A stretch of 64,000 nt of DNA from Roseiarcus sp. (GTDB lineage: Bacteria; Pseudomonadota; Alphaproteobacteria; Rhizobiales; Beijerinckiaceae), in contig DASRSL010000273.1 of NCBI GenBank assembly GCA_035656495.1, forward strand, positions 8,524 to 72,523. The letters are read 5' to 3'. The position numbers were made by a program, and so were the translations under genes. A model generated the notes under the pieces. It was not told the DNA's origin and did no database searches. It worked only from the letters and a program-made list of their open reading frames with translations. Shown piece by piece: positions 50,924 to 60,086 of the stretch; the stretch's first letter is position 1; each line of letters begins with the position of its first letter.

Positions 50924-53461
50924 TCAGGGGACGGTCCCCAGGGCGATGACGTCGCCGACTGCGTCCGTCGTCGCGCCGAAATTGTCGAAGAGGGAGGGCG
51001 TCGAGGCTGCCGCGCCGAGGTTGAGCGCCCATCCAGTCAGAAGCTGCGCCGCGATCGGATGCGCCGTCGGCAGAGCGCCGAGGTCGATGATCGCGAGCAC
51101 CGTCGAGCCGTCGGCGCCGAAATCGTCTCTCAAGACCTGCGGGCTCGCCACCGAGCCGAGGTCGACCGGGACGCCCGTCTCGAGCTGCGCCGCGATCGGA
51201 TGCTCGACGCCGACGCCGCTCGGGGTGAAGGAATAGGCGACGCATGTTGAAAGGTCTTGCTCGCCGCCCCCGAAGACGTTGAAGCTCTGGAATTTGAAAT
51301 AGAGCGTCACGCCGACGAGGTTCGCCGGCAGATCGTATTTGACGATCGCGCCGTCCAGCCGCGCGAATGGCGCGCCAGAGGCATGCGAGAGACCCGAAGT
51401 CCCGCCGAGCGCGCGCGCGAGGCCCGTCAGGTTGTAGGCATTGCCCGAGACGAGCGTCGCATTCTCGTAGGCGAGCAATTCGCTGTCGACCAGCGAGAGT
51501 GTTGCGCCCTGTTCGGCGGCGGCCTGGCTTGTTCCGCTCAGCGTCCCCGCGCTCTCGGCGAGGTTGACCGACAGCGTATCGGCCGAGTCCCAGCCAGAGG
51601 CCGCGGGCAGGCTCGCCGTGAGGACGCCCTGGCGCAGCGGCGCAGTGACCTGGAAAATCTGCGAATAGGTCACGTTGTCGACCGAGACGTAGACGTTCGC
51701 GCCGCCCCATTGGGTCGAAGAGCCGGCGCTGATGCCGCTCGCCCCGATCCAGACTTGCGTGACGCCCCCGGTCGCCGCCGACGGCGGCTCGTAGATCAGC
51801 GGCGCGTTGACCGGGACGGCAGGCACGCCCCAATCCGGGTTCCAGTTGCCCGCTCCGGCGCCCGGGTTTACGCCCGGCGTCGAGACGCCGAAAACAAGTT
51901 CCTCAGCCGTGATGGCGAGCAGACCCTTGTCGTCCTCATCGATCTCGATGATGCGGACGGGATAGTTCGAGAGCCCGAGGTTAGCATCCGTGATGGTCAC
52001 AATATCCATCGGGTCGAGAAGGCAGAACTCCCACGACAGGATGAACTTGAACTTCGTGCGGACGTAGAGCTCGCGTTGCAAGATGGTCTGCGCGACGATC
52101 GGCCCGATCGTGAACTCGTCGCAGATCTCATGCGCCTGGATGACTGATCCGACGCGCGGGCCGAAGATCTCGATCTGGCTTTGGTCGCGCGCCTCGACGG
52201 GAACAGGCGAATAGCGGTTCGACCGCGAGGAGACTTCCACCCGCTGGATGGTCGGCAGCGCGAAGACGTCGGCCCGCTCGACCTGGACCGGGTCCTTGTT
52301 CGCTTTCGCGTCGATGAAATTGTCGTCGGTCAGCGCATAGGCCGGTGTCAGTTTCGGTGCGTAGGCGGTCGGCGCGGCGACCGTGTAGGTGATGACGACA
52401 GGAAGGCCTTCGTCGGCGTAGGCGAAGAGATAGGTGCCATTCGGGCCCATCCCGTACGTGCCGGCGACGCTTGGGAATTCCGCGCCGATGAAGGCGAACG
52501 GAACGCCGGTCGAGGCGTAGACCACGCCGCCATCGGAAAGGAAGCTCGCCGCGCCGGCCACGGTGACCGAGGCCGGCAGCTGGTAGCCGGTTGAGGTCGG
52601 GACCGGATGCGGGATCGAGAATTGCTGGGTCAGCGTCGTCGTCGCCCCGCTGGCGATCGCGCTGTCGCCGTAGGGGATGAACCTGAGAAGCCCGCCGCTC
52701 CATACCCCCGCGCAGGAGAGGATTTGCAGCCAGCGCGTCATGATGCTCGAGCCCTGTTCCTGGGCCGAGAGGAGCGGCGAGAAGGCGATCCCCATCGCCT
52801 TGCAATAGGTCTGCAAGGATGCGTCGCCGCCGGAACCGAACAGGGTCGACGAGTCGATCGAGGCCGGATCGAAGCCCGCCCCATATTGGGCGTTGGTCAG
52901 GAAATCATAGATGACTTGCGCCGGGTCGGCGTCGATCCCATTCGCGCCGGTTCCCGCCAGCGCGCCGAGGACTTCGAAATTCAAGTTGCCGATGGAAGCG
53001 GTGTCGCCGAGGTTAAACGAGGCGCCGCAGACGAAGGCGGTCCCCTGGTACGCGAGATCTTGCCCAGGATAATAGGCCGTCAGCCACGGCCAGACGCTTT
53101 GCGGCGTCGTCCCGTCATAAGTGTTGAGATCAAGGGCGAGCGGCGTGTAATAGACCGAAAGGTCCTGCCAGACCGTCGGGATGTTCGAGATCGGCCCCTC
53201 GCAGAGCGCGATCATCAGGTCGGCCTGATAGGTGTAGCCGACCGGCGATCCCCGGCCGCCGAGCACGCCGCCCTTGCCGCCAGAACCCTTGCCGCCGCCG
53301 TAGGACGGCACAGCGACGAAGCGGTTGTACCAGATGACGTTGCCGGCGAGCTTATTACGCCCCCAGACGATCGGAATCGGAAGCGTCGAGACGGCCGTGT
53401 TGATCTGGAGCCCGGTGTAGTCCGGCTTGATCTGGTTGCTGTTGCGGCGGAGGAACCCCAT
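50924..53461 (-). CDS. Tail tip / host-specificity protein (Phage-tail_3-like)
   Basis: PIPIVWGRNKLAGNVIWY, LDPMDIVTIT; follows NlpC/P60. Confidence 0.85.
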   Translation of the reverse strand: MGFLRRNSNQIKPDYTGLQINTAVSTLPIPIVWGRNKLAGNVIWYNRFVAVPSYGGGKGSGGKGGVLGGRGSPVGYTYQADLMIALCEGPISNIPTVWQDLSVYYTPLALDLNTYDGTTPQSVWPWLTAYYPGQDLAYQGTAFVCGASFNLGDTASIGNLNFEVLGALAGTGANGIDADPAQVIYDFLTNAQYGAGFDPASIDSSTLFGSGGDASLQTYCKAMGIAFSPLLSAQEQGSSIMTRWLQILSCAGVWSGGLLRFIPYGDSAIASGATTTLTQQFSIPHPVPTSTGYQLPASVTVAGAASFLSDGGVVYASTGVPFAFIGAEFPSVAGTYGMGPNGTYLFAYADEGLPVVITYTVAAPTAYAPKLTPAYALTDDNFIDAKANKDPVQVERADVFALPTIQRVEVSSRSNRYSPVPVEARDQSQIEIFGPRVGSVIQAHEICDEFTIGPIVAQTILQRELYVRTKFKFILSWEFCLLDPMDIVTITDANLGLSNYPVRIIEIDEDDKGLLAITAEELVFGVSTPGVNPGAGAGNWNPDWGVPAVPVNAPLIYEPPSAATGGVTQVWIGASGISAGSSTQWGGANVYVSVDNVTYSQIFQVTAPLRQGVLTASLPAASGWDSADTLSVNLAESAGTLSGTSQAAAEQGATLSLVDSELLAYENATLVSGNAYNLTGLARALGGTSGLSHASGAPFARLDGAIVKYDLPANLVGVTLYFKFQSFNVFGGGEQDLSTCVAYSFTPSGVGVEHPIAAQLETGVPVDLGSVASPQVLRDDFGADGSTVLAIIDLGALPTAHPIAAQLLTGWALNLGAAASTPSLFDNFGATTDAVGDVIALGTVP

Positions 53462-53463
53462 GG

Positions 53464-54033
53464 TCAGTGACCAGTAACCAGTGACCAGTGATCAGAGGGC
53501 GGACGCCCCCTCTCCCCGCTTGCGGGGAGAGAGCCGGGGTGAGGGGCCTGGCCAAGCGCCGGCCAGTAGCTGGCGAACATGCGCGGCCTCCGCGCGAGCG
53601 GACAGCGCAAAACCTCGTCTTCGACCACGAAACCGGCCTGAGAATGGGCGTGGATCATTGTCAGCGGCTTGGTCTTGCTCACAATGCCCCCATGCGCGAA
53701 GCAGCGTCCGACCCGAAACAGGATCACGTCACCGAGGCCCGTGGCCTCGACTATACGGGCGCGCGCGAGCAGGAAGCCGAGATATTTTTCCTCGCTCCGG
53801 TGCAGCATCCAGTCGCGCGTGTAGGGACGCGGGTCGAACGGCTCAACGAGGCCCAAGTCGCAATAGACGCGCACCAAAAGCATCGCGCAGTCGACGCCGC
53901 CCTTGCGGCCTTGAACGTCCGCCGCGTGATGGTAGGGCGTACCGATCCACTCGCGCGCCGCCGCGGCGACGGCCAAGCGCGTGCTCCCCTCTCCCGGAGG
54001 GAGAGGGGCCGGGGGTGAGGGAACCGTCACCAC
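53464..54033 (-). CDS. Tail NlpC/P60 peptidase with repeat-derived termini
   Basis: WIGTPYHH, GVDCAML, AHGGI, IHAH. Confidence 0.88.
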   Translation of the reverse strand: MVTVPSPPAPLPPGEGSTRLAVAAAAREWIGTPYHHAADVQGRKGGVDCAMLLVRVYCDLGLVEPFDPRPYTRDWMLHRSEEKYLGFLLARARIVEATGLGDVILFRVGRCFAHGGIVSKTKPLTMIHAHSQAGFVVEDEVLRCPLARRPRMFASYWPALGQAPHPGSLPASGERGRPPSDHWSLVTGH

Positions 54034-54119
54034 GCGCGCGTGAGCACGACGAGAGCGACCGCGAGGCCGGCAACGAGGCCGACGCCCAGTCCGAAGCCGG
54101 AGAGGAAGGCGGCGATCAT
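54027..54119 (-). CDS. 30-aa hydrophobic peptide
   Basis: MIAAFLSGFGLGVGLVAGLAVALVVLTRAW*; GAGG RBS; overlaps the NlpC start. Confidence 0.55.
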   Translation of the reverse strand: MIAAFLSGFGLGVGLVAGLAVALVVLTRAW

Positions 54120-54224
54120 CGTGGCCTCGGCTTAAGCAGTTCTGTTCAGTTTGCGCTTTCGCGCAAACCCGGATGGCTCAGTCCGTTCACCCCTGACCCC
54201 TCTCCCTCTGGGAGAGGGGAACGC

Positions 54225-55094
54225 TCAGTAGGCCGTCTCGATCGGCGGAACGAACGGGAAGCCCCGGAAGTTCGCCTTGTTGTTGAACCGCCCCTGGCAA
54301 GTGGCGAGCGTGTGGTCGCATCCGGCGTAGACCGTGAAGGTGTCCCCGGTCGCCGGCGCGAAGGGCAGCGGATACATGAGGCTAAGCGACGAGCCGACGC
54401 CGACGCTCTTCACCGTCGCGCGCACGTTGGCGTTCTGCCCCGACGAGAAGACGAGCGAACCTTGCTGGTGCTGCGCCGCCGCAACGCCCGAGTAGATCAC
54501 GCTCGCCGTCGAGCCTGCACCGGCCGTCCCGCTCGCCGCATAGGTTCCCCGGATCACGCCGCAGCCGGAATCGTAGAGGACATGGAGGCACGTCGGCGAG
54601 AACAGGTTGCGCGGCATGTCGTAATCGAGGATCACGAGATCGCTCGCGACGGTCAGCGTCGCTTGCGTGCGCCCCACGGCGTCGACCGTCGAAACGCGGC
54701 CCTGAAACATCCGGACGCCGCCCACGACGGTTCCATTGGGCGCGGTCAGGAAAACTCGGTCCCGATAGACGGGCGCGCCGTCGAAAGCCCCGTCGCGCAA
54801 GGCCTCGAGGAAGGGCGCGCCGTTGATGAGATCGGTCGGCCGGGCGGCAATCGTAATCTGCTGCTTGTCGACCTCGAGCCCGACTGTGCCCTTGTACTTC
54901 AAGCCCTGGACGAGCGGGCCGTTCGCCAGGAAGGTATAGCCGTTGTAGGCGATCGGCAGATCGAAATTCGTCCAGGTGTAGACCGTGCCGACCGTCGCGA
55001 TGAAGGTGAAGCACTCGGCGAACTGGACAAGGGTGTCCGGCGGGGTCTGCGCAGCGGCAAGGAGCGCCTGGACGGCGCCGGAAGTCGACTTCAT
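54225..55094 (-). CDS. Tail hub protein (DUF2163/BR0599-like)
   Basis: C.H.LYDSGC and AGCDHT..TC..RFNN..NFRGFPFVP. Confidence 0.9.
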   Translation of the reverse strand: MKSTSGAVQALLAAAQTPPDTLVQFAECFTFIATVGTVYTWTNFDLPIAYNGYTFLANGPLVQGLKYKGTVGLEVDKQQITIAARPTDLINGAPFLEALRDGAFDGAPVYRDRVFLTAPNGTVVGGVRMFQGRVSTVDAVGRTQATLTVASDLVILDYDMPRNLFSPTCLHVLYDSGCGVIRGTYAASGTAGAGSTASVIYSGVAAAQHQQGSLVFSSGQNANVRATVKSVGVGSSLSLMYPLPFAPATGDTFTVYAGCDHTLATCQGRFNNKANFRGFPFVPPIETAY

Positions 55095-55708
55095 GACGTG
55101 CGGACCGAGCGGAATTTCAGGCTCTTCACCGTCCACAAGTTCTTCATGAACTGCTCGAAATCCTCGGTGTCGTCGTCGAACCGGCACTGGAAGGCATAGG
55201 TGAAGGTCGCGGTGACCACGACACCCGAGCCGGGCGCGCTTGCGAAAACGAGGCTGTTCGGGGTCGAGAGAGACCAGCCCGACGCCTGGTTGACCCCGTT
55301 CAGGTAGACGTTCGAAACGCCTGTCACCCAGCCGACCGGCTCAAAGAATGTTCCCATATAGCGGGAAAAGGCGAAAACCGTTGTGGCGCCGTCGCCGGTC
55401 GCGATCGCGCCATTTGTCACGCTGTCGTCGGTCGGGTCCGTGTAGAGGAAGGTCGAATATTGGCCCTGACACGAAAGGAAGAGCCCGAGCAGGCTTTGCA
55501 GCGAATTGGCGCCGAGGCCGGGGTAGGAGCCGTTCGAGGAATCGAGCCCGTCGAAGGTGAGTTCGAATTGCCAGATCGGGTTCTGATAGAGCGCGTCGCG
55601 AACCTCGCGCCCGGAGACGTGCGAAGCGACGATGGTCGAGAAGCTCGGCTTCTTGTGGACGCTAAAGCCGAGGCCGGCGAGCGCCGGGAAGGAGGGCGGC
55701 GCAGTCAC
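55091..55708 (-). CDS. Distal tail protein (DUF2460-like)
   Basis: KKPSFST....VSGREVR, GDGATTVF, CRFDDD. Confidence 0.85.
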   Translation of the reverse strand: MTAPPSFPALAGLGFSVHKKPSFSTIVASHVSGREVRDALYQNPIWQFELTFDGLDSSNGSYPGLGANSLQSLLGLFLSCQGQYSTFLYTDPTDDSVTNGAIATGDGATTVFAFSRYMGTFFEPVGWVTGVSNVYLNGVNQASGWSLSTPNSLVFASAPGSGVVVTATFTYAFQCRFDDDTEDFEQFMKNLWTVKSLKFRSVRTS

Positions 55709-55859
55709 TCCCCTCTCCCGGAGGGAGAGGGGCCGGCGGTGAGAGGACCCAGCCGGCCATAGATCAGGCCGAAAGACAGAACGCCGAATCTGGCGCAGAA
55801 GCACAAGCGCATCGGTCCGCTCCCCTTACCCCCGCCCCTCTCCGCTCGGGAGAGGGATT

Positions 55860-58373
55860 TCACGGCCTCACCGTCTGCAGATTGAGCGTCTTCAGCGTCC
55901 AGAGCTGCGCCATGAACTCCTCGAGGTCCTGGACGTCCTCGGCGAAGCGGCAGAGCCACAGCGCGCCGAAATCGGCCGTTATGGGAATTCCCGTAGCGGG
56001 GGCGGTCGCGAACGTGATCGCCGGCGCATAGCCGCTCGAGACCGTCCAGCCGGTCGCCTGGCTCACGTCGTTGAGATAGACCGCCGCGAGGCCAGACGTC
56101 CCATAAACCGGGATCGTCGCGCCGCCGATGGTCTGGACCAGCGCGAAAGTCGTCGTCGCTCCGTCGCCAGTTCCGAGCGCTTGCGCCGTGACAGCCGCGA
56201 GGCCGGGCGGAGCGACCCAAAACGAGGTTGCCTGCCCGCTCATGGCCTCAAAGAAGCCTGCAACCGCCTGGAGCTCGCGGTACGCAGCGGCCGAGCGCAA
56301 AACCTCGTAAGTCAGCTCGAGGTTGAAATAGGGGTTAGCGAAGCGCGCGCGCCTCGCTTCGCGGCCCGAGACTCGTCCGGCGACGTCGGTTGCGAACCTC
56401 GGCTTGACGTGGACCGACCAACCGAGCGTCGAAAGGCTCGGAAACGTCTCATAGGTCCCGGGCGACGGCGACGGGCTCGCCGCGGGCGGCGGCAAGGGCT
56501 GGCGCAGTCCGCCGAACCAGTCGCCGGCCGGCCAGTTGCCGGTGTCGCCCCAGGTGGTATTCTCGATCGGGAATGTCGGGAAGGGCCGCGCGTCCCAGCT
56601 CCATACGCACGAGAACGTGAACTGGACCATGACGACGCCCGCGCCGCTCGTCGCGTTGTTGCCGTCGGCATTCCAGTATTCGTAGATCGCCTCGAGCGCG
56701 AGCGCCGAAATCGTGTCGTCGCGCCGCGGCACGCAGGTGAATGGGCCGCCCGGCGCCGGGTCCCAAACCGACCAGAACGGCGTGAAGCTTTCGACCGACT
56801 TCGGGTCGAAGAACACGTTCGGTTGATTGGTCGCCCTGTCGACCGAGGCGAAGCCGTATTCGAGCAGCGCGATCGACTTCGACTGCGGAACCCATTCGGT
56901 TTGCCGGCCGTGGCGGATCCACCCGTTGCCGTCGCCGTCGTCGTAGACCGCCTGATGCGTGTTGTTCCACCACCAGCGCACCTGCTTGTTGGCGAGAATT
57001 TGCTGGCCCGGATAGTATTGGTTCCGCGACTGCGCGAGCCGGTCGCCCTCTGGGCGCGAGACCGTCAGCGCCGACCCGTTCGGATCGAAGCCGCGGCCCA
57101 AGTTGGTTCCGTCGGTGTAGAACCAGTTGAAATACTGCCCGCCCTCGATGTTCGCCTTGAGGTAGGGAAGCGAGTAGATAGAGGGCGTGCCGGAGAGCCC
57201 GAGTCCGCTCATCGTCGAGGCGCCGGGCGGCCAGGACGTCGGGGCCGGCGCGCTCCAGTTGGCGACGTCGAGGCCGCCGTTCCCGGTCGTCCAGTCGGTC
57301 AGCGGCAGATAGTCGTCGAAGCCGACCAAGTCGATGTTCGAATGCGCCCAAAGCTGATCCAAGTGCGGCCACTGGCCGTTCTCGCCAGGGTGCTGCCAGC
57401 CCATCCAACTCGACCAGTCGGCCGAGTAGATGATGAGGTTTTTCAGCGTCGCGAGGTTCTTGGCGAGCCCCGCGCCGTCGAAGACCGAGCGCACGTCGTC
57501 GGCGAGCGCGATCAAGCCCGCGACAAAGGGATAGTCCCAAACCGCATAGCCGGAGCCGTCGACCGTCCCCTCCTTCGTCCAGCCCGGACCCCGGATCGTC
57601 TCGAGCCCGCGGAGTTCGGAGCCGAGCGAGAAGAGGTCGACGCCGCCGCCCACCACGCAAAGGTTCGCGTAGTGCAGGATCATCCGCCGATAGGTCCAGT
57701 CATACAGCGAGCCCGAATAGCCAACCGTCAGATTGGCCGGGTCGCGGGTGAATTGCCCCGTCGTGGCCGAACCGAGAAAGGCGTTGACGGCCGCGGTCGC
57801 GGCGCTCGACAGGTCGTTCGAATAGGTAATGCGCCCGCGCCAGGGGAAGCCGTCGAAGGTCCCGAGCAGGAAGGGATAGAAGATCACGCGAAAGCCGCGC
57901 GTCTTTAGGTCTTGAATGCACCGGACGATGGACGGGTCGCTCGGCGTGCCGCCGTAGACGAAATTCGTCGTTCCCGGCAGCGCGGGAAGTGGGATAGTCC
58001 CCGCGTAATCCTGTTCGGTCAGGCCGGAGACCATCCAGTGATCGGGGACCGGAACCTCGCCGCCGACCCGCTCGAAGGCGCCGAGCAGATAATTGGTCGA
58101 CGGGTATATGTTGCAGGCGCTCGCGTCCTCTGAATTGAAGAACCAGGCGCAGACAACTGAAACCGTCGTGCATTCAGGGTGCGCCGCCTGCAGCTGGTCA
58201 ATCGCGTAGGAATAGTCCGTTTTCGACCCGCCGGGCGCATAGAACGTGTTCATGGCGGCGAACGGGTTCAGCCCCGAAGCGCCGCGCTGGGCCCCGACGA
58301 AGGGGATCGTATCGTAAGCGTACTCCCCGCTCGCCGGCAGGAGGTGGACGCCGATCGCGTTCGGGTAGCCCAT
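55860..58373 (-). CDS. GTA TIM-barrel-like domain fused to a C-terminal DUF2460 distal-tail domain
   Basis: YGGTPSD, FPWRGRIT, YRRMILHYA, YSADWS, WDARPFP; then KPRFAT...VSGRE...CRFAED. Confidence 0.85.
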   Translation of the reverse strand: MGYPNAIGVHLLPASGEYAYDTIPFVGAQRGASGLNPFAAMNTFYAPGGSKTDYSYAIDQLQAAHPECTTVSVVCAWFFNSEDASACNIYPSTNYLLGAFERVGGEVPVPDHWMVSGLTEQDYAGTIPLPALPGTTNFVYGGTPSDPSIVRCIQDLKTRGFRVIFYPFLLGTFDGFPWRGRITYSNDLSSAATAAVNAFLGSATTGQFTRDPANLTVGYSGSLYDWTYRRMILHYANLCVVGGGVDLFSLGSELRGLETIRGPGWTKEGTVDGSGYAVWDYPFVAGLIALADDVRSVFDGAGLAKNLATLKNLIIYSADWSSWMGWQHPGENGQWPHLDQLWAHSNIDLVGFDDYLPLTDWTTGNGGLDVANWSAPAPTSWPPGASTMSGLGLSGTPSIYSLPYLKANIEGGQYFNWFYTDGTNLGRGFDPNGSALTVSRPEGDRLAQSRNQYYPGQQILANKQVRWWWNNTHQAVYDDGDGNGWIRHGRQTEWVPQSKSIALLEYGFASVDRATNQPNVFFDPKSVESFTPFWSVWDPAPGGPFTCVPRRDDTISALALEAIYEYWNADGNNATSGAGVVMVQFTFSCVWSWDARPFPTFPIENTTWGDTGNWPAGDWFGGLRQPLPPPAASPSPSPGTYETFPSLSTLGWSVHVKPRFATDVAGRVSGREARRARFANPYFNLELTYEVLRSAAAYRELQAVAGFFEAMSGQATSFWVAPPGLAAVTAQALGTGDGATTTFALVQTIGGATIPVYGTSGLAAVYLNDVSQATGWTVSSGYAPAITFATAPATGIPITADFGALWLCRFAEDVQDLEEFMAQLWTLKTLNLQTVRP

Positions 58374-58375
58374 CA

Positions 58376-58514
58376 CCTTCTCCCGCGACGCGGGAGAAGG
58401 TGGCGCGCGGCGAAAGCCGCGCTACGGATGAGGGCCCGCTTCCTCTCATCCCTTCGTGCCCTCACCCGGCCTCGCTGCGCTCGGCCACCCTCTCCCGCTT
58501 TGCGGGCGAGGGGA
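58376..58514. repeat. Composite REP-like palindromic element
   Basis: ccttctcccg..cgggagaagg and ccctcacccggcctcgctgcgctcggccaccctctcccgc..gcgggcgaggg. Confidence 0.8.
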
Positions 58515-59828
58515 TTACCGCGACAGCCTTCGCAGCCCGAGCGCGGCGCCGTGGCGCACCGCGCGGTCAATCTCTTTCAGCATCGCGCCGCTATTGCTGC
58601 GCATCCATTGCGAGACGGAGCCGGCGTCGAGCGCTGTGACATGGAGGTTCGTCGTCGGATGGACATGCACCGCCGCGCCGCTCTGGCCACCCGACGGGCC
58701 GCCGTCGCCGAGAAGCGATCGCAACACCCCGGCTTCGGCCGCCGGCATAACGAGCTCATTGTGATGCACGAGAGTCAGCATGTCTTGCGGGACGCGCCAC
58801 ATTCCGATGTCGGCCGAGGCGACCGAGCCCGCCACCCCGGCGACGGTCGCCTGGGCCGCCGCCGCGGGTCCGGCGGCAAGCGGACCCATCAGCGGCGAGA
58901 GAAAGCCAAACACGCCGGCGAATGTCTCGGCGGCGGACGAAAGGATCGAGCGAATCATCGCCGTTCCCTGCGCGCCAATCGAGGCCGCAGCGCCGGCTTC
59001 CTCCGCTCCCGCGCGCGCGGATGCGCCTGCGGCTGTCGCCGACGTCTTCACGGTCTCTCCGACGACGTGTTGCGCGACGGTCGCTTCGGTCCATTCGACG
59101 AACTTGACCAGAAGGTCCTTCAGAACGTTGCTGAAAGCGGCCCGCCAGTTCTCCGTGCCTGACACGAGGCCGCGAAACTGCGCATTGAACGCCTGTTCGA
59201 TCGAGCCGGTCACCGACTGAAGCTCGTGCTCCTGCTCCTTGAGCGCGGAGCGCATGAGCGTCGCAGTCTCGTCGTCGCGCCGCCGCGTCGCCTCGATGAT
59301 CATGTCGTCCAGACGCTGCTTGGCTGCGAGGGATTGCTCTCCGAGCGCTTCGCGCCTCTGCAGCGCGGCGAGTTCGAGCGCGTATTCCTCGTCGAGCGCC
59401 CATTGCGAAAGCGTGAGCTTCTCGGTCTGTGTGATCTCGTAGTCCCTCGCCTCCTCGGCGTAAAGCGCGAGCTTCTGCTTCAATCCGTCGGCAAGCAGCC
59501 GCATTTCCTCGGCGGACGCGAGCTGCGCCGCCTTTATCGCGTCGTCGTATTGCTCGTCGTCGCCCGAGCGCAGCGCCGCCGCGGCGCGTGTGCGGTCGGC
59601 CGCGAAGGATCGTTCGAGCGCCTGGGTTGCGATCAACGCGTCGCGGTAGGGTTGGAGTCGTTCGGCGCTGAAGGCCTGCGACGACGCGCTCGCGAGCGAC
59701 GCGAGTTGGCCATTGATCTCGCCGAACGGCGCCGAAAAACTCTGCAAGGTCTCCTTCGCTTCGGCGACGCCGGCGACGAAGTCGGCGATCGAGGCGCTGA
59801 AGCTGACGGATACGTTGGCGTCGGTCAT
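58515..59828 (-). CDS. Short tail tape-measure protein
   Basis: Ala-rich helical; position after the chaperones; C-terminal VHHNELVMPA. Confidence 0.8.
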   Translation of the reverse strand: MTDANVSVSFSASIADFVAGVAEAKETLQSFSAPFGEINGQLASLASASSQAFSAERLQPYRDALIATQALERSFAADRTRAAAALRSGDDEQYDDAIKAAQLASAEEMRLLADGLKQKLALYAEEARDYEITQTEKLTLSQWALDEEYALELAALQRREALGEQSLAAKQRLDDMIIEATRRRDDETATLMRSALKEQEHELQSVTGSIEQAFNAQFRGLVSGTENWRAAFSNVLKDLLVKFVEWTEATVAQHVVGETVKTSATAAGASARAGAEEAGAAASIGAQGTAMIRSILSSAAETFAGVFGFLSPLMGPLAAGPAAAAQATVAGVAGSVASADIGMWRVPQDMLTLVHHNELVMPAAEAGVLRSLLGDGGPSGGQSGAAVHVHPTTNLHVTALDAGSVSQWMRSNSGAMLKEIDRAVRHGAALGLRRLSR

Positions 59829-59840
59829 CGACTTTCCTTG

Positions 59841-60086
59841 TCAGAGCGCGCCGTTCGGCAACGCCGCCTTCAGTTCCGCGATCGTCGGCTGGCGCGCCGG
59901 CGCGAGTTCCGCGGGCGGACGGTGCTTGAGCGCGGCGGCGAGAAGCCAATGGGCCGGCGGATTCCTCCGCCATTCCGCCATGAGCGCGAGGTAGCGCGGT
60001 ACGGTCAGCTGATCGAGCGCCTGATCCCAGCTCCAGCCGAGGTTGGCGACGACGCCCGCGATCAGGGCGTCGAAATCGATTTTCCC
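59841..60086 (-). CDS. Tail chaperone 'T' extension, expressed through -1 frameshift
   Basis: No own start codon; GKIDFDALIAG...LTVPRYLALMAEW..NPP begins at the slippery site. Confidence 0.75.
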   Translation of the reverse strand, partial: GKIDFDALIAGVVANLGWSWDQALDQLTVPRYLALMAEWRRNPPAHWLLAAALKHRPPAELAPARQPTIAELKAALPNGAL

